Shown here: piece by piece, positions 1 to 13,536 of the stretch
Position numbering within the stretch: the stretch's first letter is position 1
Layout of the letters: the number at the start of each line of letters is the position of its first letter
Assembly (NCBI GenBank): GCA_951406725.2
Contig: OX597833.1
Location: 70,618,001 to 70,682,000 of the forward strand
Length of the DNA stretch: 64,000 nucleotides
Direction of reading: 5' to 3'
From: Octopus vulgaris
Lineage: Eukaryota
Program-made: the position numbers and the translations under genes
The notes under the pieces: model-generated
The model's database searches: none
Told to the model about the DNA's origin: nothing
What the model saw: the letters and a program-made list of their open reading frames with translations, nothing else

Positions 1-223
1 ATCGGGAACCATTCCAAAAGATCTCACTACAGCTGATATTATTTTAATCATCATTAACGACCTCAAAGCTCCAATTTCGTATTTCATTCTTGAGATCCTG
101 ATTTCTTCTCATCATTTTCTTGTAACTAATTGTAATTCTAATTCTAAGCCTAGTTAGATAATTTCGGGTTTTATACAATCTTTAGTTCCTTGCAGCAACA
201 ATATCCGGACATCTACTCACTCT

Positions 224-437
224 TCATCATCATCGTTTAACGTCTGCTTTCCATGCTAGCATGGGTTGGACGATTTGACTGAGGACTGGCGAGCCGGGTG
301 GCTGCACCAGGCTCCAATCTGATCTGGCACAGTTTCTACAATTGGATGCTCTTCCTAATGCCAACCACTCCGAGAGTGTAGTGGGTGCTTTTACATGCCA
401 CCGGCACAGGGCCAGTCAGGCGGCACTGCAACAACCT
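224..437 (-). mobile_element. SINE-like family B (GAT tail), 5'-truncated
   Basis: (CAT)n-CGTTTAACGTC...CCATGCTAGCATGGGTTGG...GGATGCTCTTCCTAATGCCAACCACTC, shared with more than 10 copies in the window. Confidence 0.85.
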
Positions 438-599
438 TGTATAAGCTAATCACACTGGATGTTGAAGATACAGGTATTTAGATATCTATAGATTTAATTC
501 AGTCTCACTGCATGTCTCCTTGGGTGTCTTTTACCATAGCCCCAGGTCAACCAAAGCTTTGAGAGTGGATTTGGTAGATGGAAACTGAAAGAAGCCTGT

Positions 600-635
<36 letters not shown>

Positions 636-1087
636 AAAAAGTACTAATCCACAGCCAGTGACCTTTGTTGACCTTTCCCTGTCAACAAATGGTCCTCTGG
701 TCATCCATTAGCTCCACACTTTCAAAAACATTTGGAATATAAAAGAATTGCTTAGTTGAAACACAAGCAATGCTTACCTATGGGAAGGGTGTCTGACTGT
801 AGAAATAACACCTCAGTAATAAGTACTCATCTAACCCATGCTAGCATGGTAAAACAGATGTAAACTGAATATGTAAATGTATAGTGTATTAGTTGTGTAT
901 TTGTTATGTGTCTATATATGTATAGTATGTAATTATTTCTAAGGCTGAACATTTATTCATCCTTCCCTTCCTCCCTACACACCACACCCCAAGTCTACAA
1001 CTGGCTCCAGGCTTGGCACTACAATCAGTATTACAGATAGCTTTAATCTGAGTTCTTTGATAATTTCTCCAAAGATTTTTAAAAGGT

Positions 1088-1120
<33 letters not shown>

Positions 1121-1579
1121 TAATAAAGTGTAACCCTGCCAAAAAAAACCCACTTTTCCCCCAAAATACAAGTACATATAATATTTCTTATTCAGAATAT
1201 TTGATGCAGACAGTAAGGGATGTGTGTGTGTATGTGTGTGTGTGTGTATCAGTTAGGTAGCTGTTTGATAAACAGGTTGCCTGGGGAAACTCCAGAGTAA
1301 CTACTAAGCGATGCAGCTGATATATTAATCTATGTACAAGTGTGTGTGTGTGTGTGTGTATGTGTGTGTGTTTATAAAATCATTTAATGTCCATGTTCCA
1401 TGCCGGCATGGGTTGGACAGTTTGACAAGGATCCGATGAGCCAAGGACTGTACCATGCTCCAATGTCTGCTTTGGCATGGTTCCTATGGTTGGATGTCCT
1501 TTCTGATACCCACCACTTTACAGTGTGTGTGTGTGTGTGTGTATCATGCATGCGTGCATATACACACACAAACATGTAC

Positions 1580-1964
1580 ACAGGCATTGTTGTATGGTCA
1601 AGAAGCCTGCTTTCTAACCCTGTGGATCTTGGTTCCAAACACTTTCCGCAAGTGTCTTAGAGTCTTGAGCTGACCAAAGCCTTGTGAGTGGGTTTGGTCA
1701 ACGTCAACTGAAAGGAACCCATTGTATAGCAGATGTATGTATGCGTGTCCCCTTGTCTAGACATCGTGCGCTGGCTGTAAACAAGCATCACTATCATACA
1801 AGCAAGGTAGTTTTGTTTATTAGTCTTCTGTGGAAAAGATGTCTGGCTTTAGGGAAATATTACCTTGCTTGAAAATAGGTAAATGTTGGTGACAGGAAGG
1901 GCATCCAGTTGTGGAAAAATCTGTCCAGAATTCTAATGGAAAAGTGGATATGATGATGATGATG
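1580..1964 (+). mobile_element. Old composite SINE (family E): family-A-like tRNA head and core with family-B 3' end
   Basis: Degenerate tRNA-like head, CCAAAGCCTTGTGAGTGG core, CAGGAAGGGCATCCAG motif, (GAT)n tail. Confidence 0.65.
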
Positions 1965-2261
1965 TTATATATATATATATTGTCTAAAATATATATACAC
2001 TTAATTTACCACATACACATGCATATTTGTTCTTCACATTCTTTTTGTGTAATATGCTGGTATATTGGTGTGTGTGTATGGTTGTGTGTGTATGATGGTT
2101 ATGTTTATATATATATATATATATTGGCCTGATCGCTTAGCCAGTGGGGTGGCGTCATTTGAAGGCTAAAACAATGTGAAGCGCATTGTGACCAGCGACG
2201 TGTAACAACATCTGATAGCCTGGTCGGTCACAGTCATATATGTATATATATGTACTGGCAC

Positions 2262-2576
2262 TGTGTTGGTTACGATGACGAGACTTCCAGTTGATCCGAA
2301 TCAACAGAACAGCCTGCTCGTGAAATTAACGTGTAAGTGGCTGAGCACTCCACAGACACGTTCACCCTTAACGTAGTTCTCGGGGAGATCCAGCATGACA
2401 CAGAATGTGACAAGGCCGGCCCCTTTGAATTACAGGTACTACTTATTGTTGCCAGCTGAGTGGACTGGAGCAACGTGAAATAAAGTGTCTTGCTCAAGGA
2501 CACAATGTGTCAACAGGAATTGAACCCACGACCTTACAATCATGAGCCGAATACCCTAACTACTGCGCCGAGTGCT
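2262..2576 (-). mobile_element. tRNA-derived SINE family D
   Basis: Minus strand has a head with GGTTCAATTCC B-box, then GTCCTTGAGCAAGACACTTTATTTCAC; second copy at about 4965-5280. Confidence 0.75.
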
Positions 2577-3168
2577 TTTGCACAGATACACGCACACACA
2601 CAAGCACACACCTCGACTTCCCCTCACAACATAAACATTGGGATTTTAAGCTGGTGTGGAAAATTTGGAAGCTTGGAGCATTTACCAAATCCACCGTCTT
2701 TGGTCGGTGCCTTTATTTACTCGCAAACAGAAGTGTGTTAGGTCATGCGGGGCGTGGCCACCATCGGTGAGATGAGATGCGGTGGTGTTTTATATCATCT
2801 CGGTGGTTGGCTGTCTACTGTGTGTGTGTGTGTACTTTATTTGCATATTTAGTTCCTCTCAGATGCCCTCTTCTTCTCCCTCCGCCTCCCGCCCCGCCCC
2901 GGGCCGACATCGTATCTCTTGTCTTATCACACTGAACCCAAATACGAGTAAAAATAACTCCTCTACTTGCTTAATATGCCTGCTTCAGTCAGCGTGAAAC
3001 GATGGCATAGCTGATAGGGTAGATGTACCGAGTGAGGACCCACCACCACCACCACCGCCGCCACTTTGCCTGCGATGCGCTCTTTTCGGTTTTTTTGGCA
3101 GGCTTCCATTGCAACAAATATGCACAGCTACCAATATTTATCACCCCGAGTGTATGTTTGTGTGTGTT

Positions 3169-3210
<42 letters not shown>

Positions 3211-3426
3211 TAATTGTGTGTTGGTAAACTGGATCATTTTCTCATACTTAAAGGTTTCGAGCAGTTTGCCATCAGTCAGCTGTAATCTGGTTTACCAACA
3301 CCCACCCACACACCTAGGACAGACTCTCAACACAAGTTCTTTTGTTTTTCTACAAAAATTACAAGTATATATATTTATATATAACTTGTTCCGCCTGTGT
3401 TGTCTTTTGTTTGTGTTCACTACCTT

Positions 3427-3527
<101 letters not shown>

Positions 3528-3818
3528 ATACACACGTATACATACTTACAGAGAGAGAGGGCTGTGAGCAGATGTACCTTTAGATAGTTGTCTATGGTTA
3601 GGATTTCATTGTCAACACATTGTGACTCCCCTATAAACCAACAGCCAAATAAGCACCTAGCTTGTTTGTTTGATCTTGAGACCTCTTCACCAGCAATATC
3701 TATAGCCTTTGAAACCTTTCATGATTGCCTGCAGTCACTGAGATACGACCATTCTAGGGCCACATCAATGCAGCCATTCCCATGGTACTATATGTCCACA
3801 GAGTGGACTAAATTATTT

Positions 3819-4241
3819 GGATCTTTTCGGTTTGAACGGCAGTTTTTTCTAGCGGGTGTCATATGAAATTGTCACCCATAATTATGACCCTAGAATCGAT
3901 CTATTGCATTTCAATCTCTTTTAGGGTTAAGGTTAGGGGTGGGGGAAGGGTATCTTTTTTTTTCTTCAGAAATGTAAATAAACCCAATCTGTTTCTTAAA
4001 CGAGAGACATATTCATACGACACAGAATGCTTTTTAATTCAATAGACGTCATTGATTGGTTGAAATTGCAGAAATTGAAGAAAAAAAACAACAACAAATA
4101 TCTTACAAACTATAGAATTTTCTCAATAAAGCCAAGAGAAAAAGATGTTTCATAAACACATTCTACCAGTATACGAAGTTTAAAAATGTTTAGTTACCTA
4201 GATATTATGTTTAAAAACTGCCGTTCAAACCGAAAAGATCC
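3819..4241. mobile_element. Non-autonomous DNA transposon (MITE) with 8-bp TSD
   Basis: TIR GGATCTTTTCGGTTTGAACGGCAGTTTTT and its exact reverse complement; AATTATTT duplicated at 3811-3818 and 4242-4249. Confidence 0.9.
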
Positions 4242-4964
4242 AATTATTTTGTCATGCAGATGTGCATCTTTTTGGACCGTATTGTTTATTGGGGAGAAAT
4301 GAAACCAACTTGTTTGTACGAACTGTTTGCTGTTGTTATAAACTGCCACCAGGTGTCTTTGTGATGTGTAAATATGTACCTGTGTACATAGACCTTGTTG
4401 TTTCATTTCTTGAATAGTGTCAGCTATACTCTCCTCCCCACCCCGGTGCCTTTCTCTATTTATTTTATCAACTGGAACTGACATCTATTTCGCTTTACTG
4501 GTACTTATTGGATACTGCAGGGTTTGAACCTGAAACACACCCACAGACCAAACCTAGCACCACAAATATTTTGTTCAACTGTTCACCTCTACCAATTTAG
4601 CCATTCACCTGCTGGTCTTATTCTTTATATAGACAATAGTGGGTGTGTATACTTATATATAATCCTCTCAGTTGAAAACACTCATTCATAAAGCAATTAT
4701 ATATCCTGCTCAAAACACTAAAAATTCTTGAGATTTCATTGCGATACAAAAACTAAAACTCTGGTTGCAGGGTATAAAAGTATTTGATTTCTTATCTCAG
4801 CTCTTTCTGCATTTGCCAGACTCGCAGTTTCAATGTCAAGACGGAAACTGCGGCTTGAAGAATCCAGTTGGCAAAATCTGCAAAGATCACTCTATTATTC
4901 TAAAACCTGACAAGGACCCAATCATGCAGGGCCCCATCTCACCCCTTATCTTAAACTAGCACTC

Positions 4965-5280
4965 TGTCGGTTACAGGGATGAGGGTTCCAGTTGGTCTGA
5001 TCCCGAAACAGCCTGCTCATGAAATTAATGTGCAAGTGGCTGAATACTCCACAAACACACGGACCCTTAACGAAGTTGTCAGAGAGATTCAGAATGACAC
5101 AGGAGGTGACAAGTTTGGCCCTTTTGGAATACAGGTACAGCTCATTTTTGTCATCTGAATGGACTGGAGTCACATGAAATGAAGTATCTTGCTCAAGGAC
5201 ACAAAGTGCTGTTGTCAGGTATTGAACTCTTCACCTTATGATCAAGAGCCAGATACCTTAACCAGTAAGCTACACTTACC
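4965..5280 (-). mobile_element. tRNA-derived SINE family D
   Basis: Colinear similarity to 2262-2576. Confidence 0.7.
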
Positions 5281-5362
5281 TTACAACAGCTTAGAAAGCC
5301 TTATATGTGATATCATATCCCTGCACTTTTACCTTGTGAACGCATCACAAATGCAGACCACT

Positions 5363-5720
5363 AAACCCAAGCACATGGTTGTGGGTTCTGTTCCCTTGTG
5401 TGGCACCTTGGGCATATATCTTCTACTATAACCTTGGGCCAACCAAAGCTTTGTGAGTGGATTTGATAGATGGAAATTGAAAGAAGCCCATCGTTTGTGT
5501 GTGTGTGTTTGTGTCCATCTGACCACCGCTTGACAACTAGTGTTAGTCTGTTTACATCTCTGTGACTTAGCAGTTTGGCAAAAGAGACTGGCAGAATAAG
5601 TACCAGGCTTAGCAAAGAGAGAAGAATGTACTTGGGTAAATTCGTTTGAGTAAAAATTCTTTGAGGCATTGCCCCAGCATGGCCACAGTCTAATGACTGA
5701 AACAAGTGGCAGATAAAAGA
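5363..5720 (+). mobile_element. SINE family A, diverged copy
   Basis: GGCACCTTGGGCA core, internal (GT)n, CAGCATGGCCACAGTCTAATGACTGAAACAAGT 3' end. Confidence 0.8.
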
Positions 5721-6399
5721 ACTCCTTTGCACCATTCACTGCACATGTAGGAAGAAAGCCACATGGTATAGAAATATAGTTGGAGCATTCAAAGCACTAC
5801 ATTTGGTCAACAGGATGGCACAAGAATTTTAGTGTAGAAACAATGGATTTGGTCCATCATGGATTAATGATAATCCTGCCTGGGATTGCCAAGCTCTTCC
5901 ACAGATTATATCACTCTTCAGATTAACACAAAACAACACTTAGTATTCCTGGAGGCTTCACACAAACTCCATCCACAGACCAAATAATTGAAACAAAAGA
6001 CCACTTGGAACATGCCTGGAGCCTAGTTTGTTACTGCAGCAAAGTCCAACCTTCACACTCCTTTTCAATCCATCCATGACTTACCCCGCCTACACATGAA
6101 GCAAACACATCCACAACACTTCAGAACATTAAAACCAACATTATCATAAGAACATTATCAAACACCTACATCTTTTATCTTTAATCTTTCATCTTTTACT
6201 TGTTTCATTCGTTAGACTGTGGCCATGCTGGGGCATTGCCTTGAAGGGTTTTAGTCAAACAGATTTACTCCAGTACTTGAGTGCTACTTTATTTTGTCAA
6301 CCCCCGAAGTGATGAAAGGCAGAGTTGACCTCAGCAGGATTTGAACTCAGAGCATAAAGAACTGGAAGAAATGCCTCTTGGGCATTCTTACTAGTTCTA

Positions 6400-6692
6400 G
6401 TATTAATATGATTACTGTCACTATTACTACTACTACTACACCTACTACTAATAGTACTACTACTACTACACAAATCACCATTATTGCAGCTACTACTACA
6501 ACTATTACACTGTTACTACTGTCTTCATCACCACCACCACCATCACCATTACTACTAATACTACTTCTGCTGCTATCAACTGCTATCACTACTACTACTA
6601 CTACCACTACTAGTGCTATCGCTGCTATCACTATTGCTACTACAACTACTACTAACACCACTGATACTGTTACTACTAACCCTGCTATTACT
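6400..6692. repeat. Degenerate (ACT)n/(ACC)n trinucleotide tract
   Basis: Visible 3-bp periodicity. Confidence 0.9.
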
Positions 6693-8435
6693 GTGTGTGT
6701 GTGAAGCCACCTCCTGTGAAAGGATCTTGGTAAAAATACATTTCAACAAGTACCTGGGTGAATCTTCTCTAATTACAGCTGCCGCTCCCTCCCTCCCTCC
6801 CACTTCTCCTTCCCTCCCTCCCTTCCTCCCTCTCTGCCCTCCTCCCCCTTCCTCTGTTTTTCCTTTATTTCAAACCAGTAGTTTAGATGTTTTTCTGGTG
6901 TTTACCATCCTGTGGTCAACTCGACATGACCTGGAACCGATTCAGCGTAACCTCTGGCCAATATTGCACACGCACATGTGCACACACACGCACGCACGCA
7001 CACACACGCTGCTTGGTGTTGGTGTGTTTACGTTCCCAAAACTTAGCAGTTTGGCACAAAAGACTGACAGAATAAGTCCTGAGTTCAATTCATTCAAAAG
7101 AAATTCTTGAAGGCAGTGCCACAGCATGGCCACGGTCTAAAGACCGAAACAAGTAAAACATTATATATATATGTCCTGTTATTATTATTATTATTGTTTT
7201 TTTGTATTTATATTCGTATTATTTTTTGTTTTTTTTGTATTATTTTTGTATATATATTTGTGTAACATCGTCCATTTTCCTGTCCTTGTGTCGTATACAT
7301 TCGATCCTTTTACCAAGGAAAGCAAGACACTTTATTTCACGTTGCTCCAGTTCACTCAGCTGTAGAAATGAGTTACGGCATCACTGGTGCCAAGCTGTTT
7401 CAGCCCCTTTTCCTTTCCCTTGGATAACATTGGTGGTGTGGGGAGGGGGAGACTGGCATGCATGGGTGACTGCTGGTCTTCCATAAATAACCTTGCCCAG
7501 ACTTGTACCTTGGTGCAATTCCATGGTCATTCATGACCCTATTCCTCCACATGATCAGCTTGAAAAATTAAGATATTTTCTTAACATGAAACCAATGGTA
7601 GCCTTAATAAAGAAATTTTATCCACCAATACAGTGTTGAGCACACATTGTCATTGTTCAACACTTACATATCTATCTGTCTGTCTGCCTGCCTGTACGTC
7701 TGTCTGTCTTGTTGTATAAAACCCATTTTTGTATCTGGAATTGAACCAGTGCATGTATTGATATTGACATTATGACCCTCCCTAGACACAACAAAATATA
7801 AGAAATCTCTCACATGAATAATAAGTAAGGATTAGAAAGAGGAAGGGCATCTGGATGTAAAACATGTTAGCAGGGGACACAAGACATGTAAAAAGGAACA
7901 GTACACACACACACACATGTGAACACTTGTGCACATACACACACACACACACATGTGAACACCCATGCACACACACGAAATCTAAGAAAGCTGCCATGGT
8001 TGCTGGCTGCTAGTGGTTTGTAGCAGCGTGTAGGCCCTCGGCGGCTCCCGGCTATTAACAGATTACAATTCACACACCTGATACTGTATCCGTTTTCAGA
8101 AACATCTGAAAAGATTGTTTAGAAACAAAAAAACACCCAGAAGATTAATAAAGTGGCGGTGGGGTGGGGGCCGTTCAAGCAAAGTTTACCTTCTTATCAT
8201 GTAAATAAGTACACACTATCACTTGTCTCCTCCTGCTCCTCCCCATGCTCCTCCCGCTCTCCTCGTTTAACTACAAACATTTGCTCCATTGTCTGCCTGT
8301 TATCTCTTTTATTTTCATTCCGATCATCGTCCTGACTGAGATTCCTCTCCGTTCCACCAAAGTTTCTTCTTCGCAGAATCTCTTCTCTTGGAAAAGCCAT
8401 TCTTCATACCTAGCTGCACACCAACATGTTGATAG

Positions 8436-8473
<38 letters not shown>

Positions 8474-8881
8474 GACCATGTGGGTGGTTCCAAAGTTGGA
8501 ACTGGGGAGCAAGGCATTTCTTGTTTTCTTGGAAAAAGTCTTCTGCTGATTGAGCTTCAGGCAGGCACACTCACTCACACACTCACATTCTCATACACAC
8601 ACACATTCTCTCTTTCACACACATACACACATACGTTTGCAGACATGATGTGCTTGTTCACTCATTCATTCATGCTTGCACTCATGTACTTACTCTCACT
8701 ATCATGCACATATTCACTTCACTCCCACTCACTTCACTCCCACTCACTCACTCTCACTCACAAACTCATTATCAACCTCATGCTTATGTTTACACTTTTT
8801 ACAGATTTTAATTTACACCCCCCCCCATACTATTTGTGCTGTTTATTGCCCTCTGTTTGTGTGTGTGTGTGTGTGTGTGTA

Positions 8882-9237
8882 TTCTTTTATTCTTTTACTT
8901 GTTTCAGTCATTTGACTGTGGCCATGCTGGAGCACCACCTTTTAGTCAAGCAAATCAACCCCAGGACTTATTCTTTGTAAGCCTAATACTTATTCTGTTG
9001 GTTTCTTTTTGCTGAACCGCTAAGTTACAGGGACATAAACACACTAGCATCAGTTGTCAAGCACATACATATATACAACGGACTTCTTTCAGTTTCTGCC
9101 TACCAAATCCACTCACGAGGTTTTGGTCGGCCCAAAGCTATAGTAGAAGACATTTGCCCAAGGTGCCACGCAGTGGGGCTGAACCCAGAACCAGGTGGTT
9201 GGTAAGCAAGCTACTTACCACACAGCCACCTCCGGCA
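8882..9237 (-). mobile_element. SINE family A
   Basis: Matches the full-length copy at 45197-45618. Confidence 0.88.
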
Positions 9238-10264
9238 ATATATATATATATATGTATGTATGTATGTATATTTATATGAATGAGACTATCCCCAGATGCC
9301 TCATCTCTGCTACCTTTATCTCTTCCCTGCTCCATCCAGATCCTCTCTTCTAAAACATGAGTAGCCATGTGGGCCCCTATACAGGAAGTACTTCTACTCT
9401 GGCTCCTTCCCTCATTAGTATAATTAATACATTGGTTATCTGCATGTTCATCCATACTTTGCACCTCTAAAAAGGAGACAGATGTTTGTTAATTATGTTG
9501 TGCCGATAAGTAACATTCATCAACTTTATTAATCAGTGATTTGGGAAAAAAACTGCTGTCCCTTGCATTACATTAGGAACCAAGTCAAGTTGGGCAGCAT
9601 AAGATGAGGATATCGGTTTTTTAAGATAAAACAAAAGCCTGTTACTAAAATTTGGTGTGAAATCGTTGCTGAATGCTTGGCATTGAAATTGATGCTGGTT
9701 GACTAGAAGACTGTATAGAGTTTAAAATTATATTCCTAGCCTGGTGCAGCCTCCTGGCTTTCCAGACCTCAGTCAAACCGTCCAACCCATGCCAGCATGG
9801 AAAACGGACGTTAAACGATGATGATGATGATGATGTAGCATTGCAGAAATAAATGGTCCCCCAAGGAAATTTGCCTATTAATTTCTTTGGTTATTAATGA
9901 TGAGAATAAATTCTTTTATCTTTAAGAGTTACTGGCTGTCTGGATTCTATCGTGTTTACTTTCATGAATGGCCCTTCACTGCAGGTGTGGTTTTTTTGCA
10001 CATTCAATACCTGTTTAATTACTCCTCTAGCAGTGACCCCCTCTTCCCCTCCTTTACCTCCTTTGAAGAACATTCTGTATAGTTTAATGGATGCTGCTTA
10101 GAAATGGTCTGAGATGTCTTTAAATCTACAAATAAAGCAAGTTTAGTAACCTCTGAGTTATTTTATTTAATCCTTTTACCACATTTCTGTTGAAATACCT
10201 AACCTTTGTTTCAATTTATTTCAAAAGTAATGAAGAATTTAGCAACATAATTTAGCTAGTGCTT

Positions 10265-10481
10265 TGTCCATCTTTACATTCTGAAAATGAGGTAATTTCT
10301 ACTCTTCTCCTCTGGAAGCCATCTGCTCGTGATACCAGAGGGCGCACACTCTCCTACCCTGATGTAATCTCCAGGGATACAGGCATCCAGCGACAGGACC
10401 TCTGTAATGCTATGATGGACCGTGAAATCTGGCATAACATAGTAAATTCCATTGTCTCGACCACGGTCGAACAATGATGAT
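10265..10481 (+). mobile_element. 3' end of an RTE-type LINE
   Basis: Frame ENEVISTLLLWKPSARDTRGRTLSYPDVISRDTG...AMMDREIW...* directly followed by a TGATGATG tail. Confidence 0.7.
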
Positions 10482-11107
10482 GCCAAGGTTGGGTTTGCCA
10501 TTCTTCCTTTTTGGGGTCAATAAAAAAAAGTGCCATTCATGCATTGGGGTCAATGTCATCAACTTATCCCACCCTTTGAAATTGCTGGTGATTTGAACAT
10601 TAACTAACAAGAAAGTTTGATGGGAGGTTTTCATTCGGATCACTTTGAGGCAGGAAGTTTGCATCATAGAACCAAGGAGAATTCTGGGTAGACTGGGAGC
10701 AGAAGCGTTACCAATATTAACATGAATGGAAGAGAGCAAAGTGGTGTTCTTAACATTGAGCTGATTTAAATCTCAGACTTCAGTTACTATCACCATGAGT
10801 GCAAGAAGAAAGAAAGAAAGTGATATCAAGAATTTAGGCATAGTTTTGGCAACATGTCTGATGTACAAAGTTATATCAGTAGAGAATGTTATTATATCAA
10901 ATTTGATGAAGCAAAACCAGTGCCAATTTCTAGCTGATATGGAACTGTGGGAAGTCCTCTTTTTATAGATTCTTAAATTCTAGTCAGCTACACAACATCT
11001 TAGACCTCACTCAGCACTTGTAGAGTAATGAAAAAAAACATCACAAAGAGGTTTTTCTTTTTTTTTTCACCTGTCCCCTATGTTACATTTGTGTGTCTGT
11101 ATATATA

Positions 11108-12149
11108 CAGGGTGGCAATGAAGTCATTATACAGTTACTTACAATAACAATTAAGACAAAGCAATTAATGAACTCTCCAGATAATCATCATCATCATCAT
11201 CGTTTAACGTCCACTTTCCATGCTAGCATGGGTTGGACGATTTTGACTGAGGGCTGGCGAACCAGATGGCTGCACCAGGCTGCCATCTTGATCTGGCAGA
11301 GTTTCTACAGCTGGATGTAGATATTTATTATTAAAATGCTTCTGGTTAATTTTGGTTAATAACAGTAAAATGCTATCGTAAACAATAGTTAATGAATTAC
11401 CGATAATGTTTGAACCGTAAATGACCTGCTTCAATGCATTCCCTACAACGGGAGAGAATGCTTCGACCAATGTCACGACACAAATGGTTCTGATGGCTTA
11501 AGTCTGCTAGAACATCTCGAATAAATTGCTTGAGGTCATCGATATTTCTCAGTTTTTTTGCAAAAATGGAATCTTTGATAATTCCTCATATAGTAAAATC
11601 CATTAGGGTCAAATCTGGTGAGCAAGGAGGTCACTCAACACTGCCACATCATCCTAGCCATCTTACTTTGAGAGCAAAATGTGGTGGTGCCCCAACCTGT
11701 CGAAAGTAAAACTTGTGGAAATTATCTTTTTTGTCGAAAAACAGGAATTATGGTGGTTTGTAATGTTTCTAAGTAATTATTAGTTGCAGAAAGTAGGACC
11801 GATGATTCCAGAACTTGATACGCCAACCCAAACGGTTACTCCTGGTTGGTTCAGTTGACTTTGGATGGTCAGATGAGGACTCTGTGAAGCCCAGTAAGTG
11901 CAATTGTGACTGTTTACCCTTCCAGATAGCTTGAATTGTGCTTCGTCAGACCACACTATCTTAACGAGTAGAGCAGGTGTAACTTCACAATGATTAACAA
12001 AGATTTCACAGAACTGTAAACGACAATCTCCATCATCTTCAATCCATGAATGAGTCGGGTATTTAAGGCTTGTAGTTTAATTTTTTCAGCATTATCTGAA
12101 GTGATCTTCTATTTATGCCCAACGGTATAGGGACTTTATTACCACCCTG
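11108..12149 (-). mobile_element. Decayed Tc1/mariner transposon (probably DD41D/DUF4817-like group), with family-B insert at 11184-11317
   Basis: TA-flanked TIRs CAGGGTGG(C/T)AAT(G/A)AAGTC; minus-strand peptides IVWSDEAQFKLSGRVNSHNCTYW, VTVWVGVSSSGIIGP, frameshifted FRQVG/APPH, VE*PPCSPDLTLMDF. Confidence 0.88.
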
Positions 12150-12404
12150 TATATGTGTTTTTGTATGTATATAGGTGCAGGTGTGGCTGTGGGGGGTAAG
12201 AAGTTTATTTCCCAAACTCATGGCTCAAGGTTCATCAGCCCCACTGTGTGGCACCTTGGGCAAGAGTCTTCTATAGTTCTGGGCTGACCAATGCTTTGTG
12301 AGTGGATTTGGTAGATGGAAACTGTATGGATGAAAGAAGCCCAGATATCTATAGTTAAAAAATCGTATGGTATACACCTGTTAGTCTGCCAGTAAAGCAC
12401 ATTC

Positions 12405-12685
12405 AGTGGCCTGGTGTCCATATTGCACTCATGAGAGCTAGATCATGGGTTCAATTCCTAGACCAGGCAGTGCTCCATATCTCCACATTGCTCCAATTCA
12501 CTCAGCTGTAAACGGGTACACCCTGTGATGGACTAGCGTTCCGATTGGTCGGGGTGGGCATGGTGGAATGTTGGCCTACTCGGCCAGCCAGTAAGCGTGG
12601 CATCACTCGAAAGCTAAAACAATGCAAAGTGCATTGTGACCAGTGATGCATAACGGCATCTGATAGTCTGGTCAATGGTGATGTG
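12405..12685 (+). mobile_element. tRNA-derived SINE related to family D, with a different 3' half
   Basis: GGTTCAATTCC head; 3' part GCTAAAACAATG...CATTGTGACCAG shared with 2128-2235 and 51181-51462. Confidence 0.7.
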
Positions 12686-13304
12686 TGTGTGCATGTGTCT
12701 GTCTATAATTAATTACCTAAATGTGTAAACTGTATGTCTAAATACTTCAGATTTCAAGATATAATCGGTTCTGTAGGAGATGCTCTTGATATTTTCTTTG
12801 CCTCTCTCCCTCCGTCCTTCTCTCTTTCTCTCTCCCGTCTTTCTCTCCCCATCTCTCTCTCCTCTCTTTCTCTCTCTCAGTACTTATGACATTTAATATT
12901 AAATGTCACGTAATTCTTTATTTATGACGAGTTGGTTCCCCCACCCCTCCCCCTGTACTACATGTCTGATTCACTGGCACTTTTATGGGAAGAAATTAAA
13001 ACTATTATTTATTTAATGTACACTTCGGCAGTGCTGCAGCATGGCCCTACAACTAAAACCGAAAGACAACTTTTACTATGTTCAGGGATGATATTTTGTA
13101 GCATTGAGATATTTGAAGAATGCTTGTAAATTCTTGAAAATCTTTTTCGTTATCAATCCAAGATTTCTAACTATTTGTAAGACATAAAAGTTTAGGGTAA
13201 GACATGGAACTGCATCTAGTGGGAATACTCCAGCATGGGAGCTGAAGTGTTTCAGGGAGTATGGAGCTACTCCTAGGATCGCTGACCCTGGGATGGAAGT
13301 ACCT

Positions 13305-13536
13305 ATTTCTTTACTACCCACAAGGGGCTAAACATAGAGGGGACAAACAAGGACAGACATAGGTATTAAGTCGATTACATCGACCACAGTGCGTAACTGG
13401 TACTTAATTTATCGATCCCGAAAGGATGAAAGGCAAAGTCGACCTTGGCGGAATTTGAACTCACAACGTAACGGCAGACGAAATACTGCTAAGCATTTCG
13501 CCCGATGTGCTAACGATTCTGCAAGCTCGCCGCCTT
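13305..13536 (-). mobile_element. SINE family C, full length
   Basis: Head with GAGTTCAAATTC box, core GACTTTGCCTTTCATCCTTTCGGG, TSD GGAAGTACCT at 13295-13304 and 13539-13548. Confidence 0.9.

Noticed and set aside
2860-2910. GC-box-rich stretch as a promoter
   Set aside because: Short, with no recognisable first exon or other support.
3921-3945. Telomeric repeat
   Set aside because: Only about three imperfect units, internal to a MITE.
4820-4860. DSQFQCQDGNC resembles the start of an LDL-receptor class A repeat
   Set aside because: The remaining cysteines and the acidic DxSDE motif are absent, and no donor site fits.
9357-9470. 37-aa ORF with a hydrophobic, GPI-signal-like end
   Set aside because: An in-frame TAA lies between the nearby acceptor and the ORF; too short to support.
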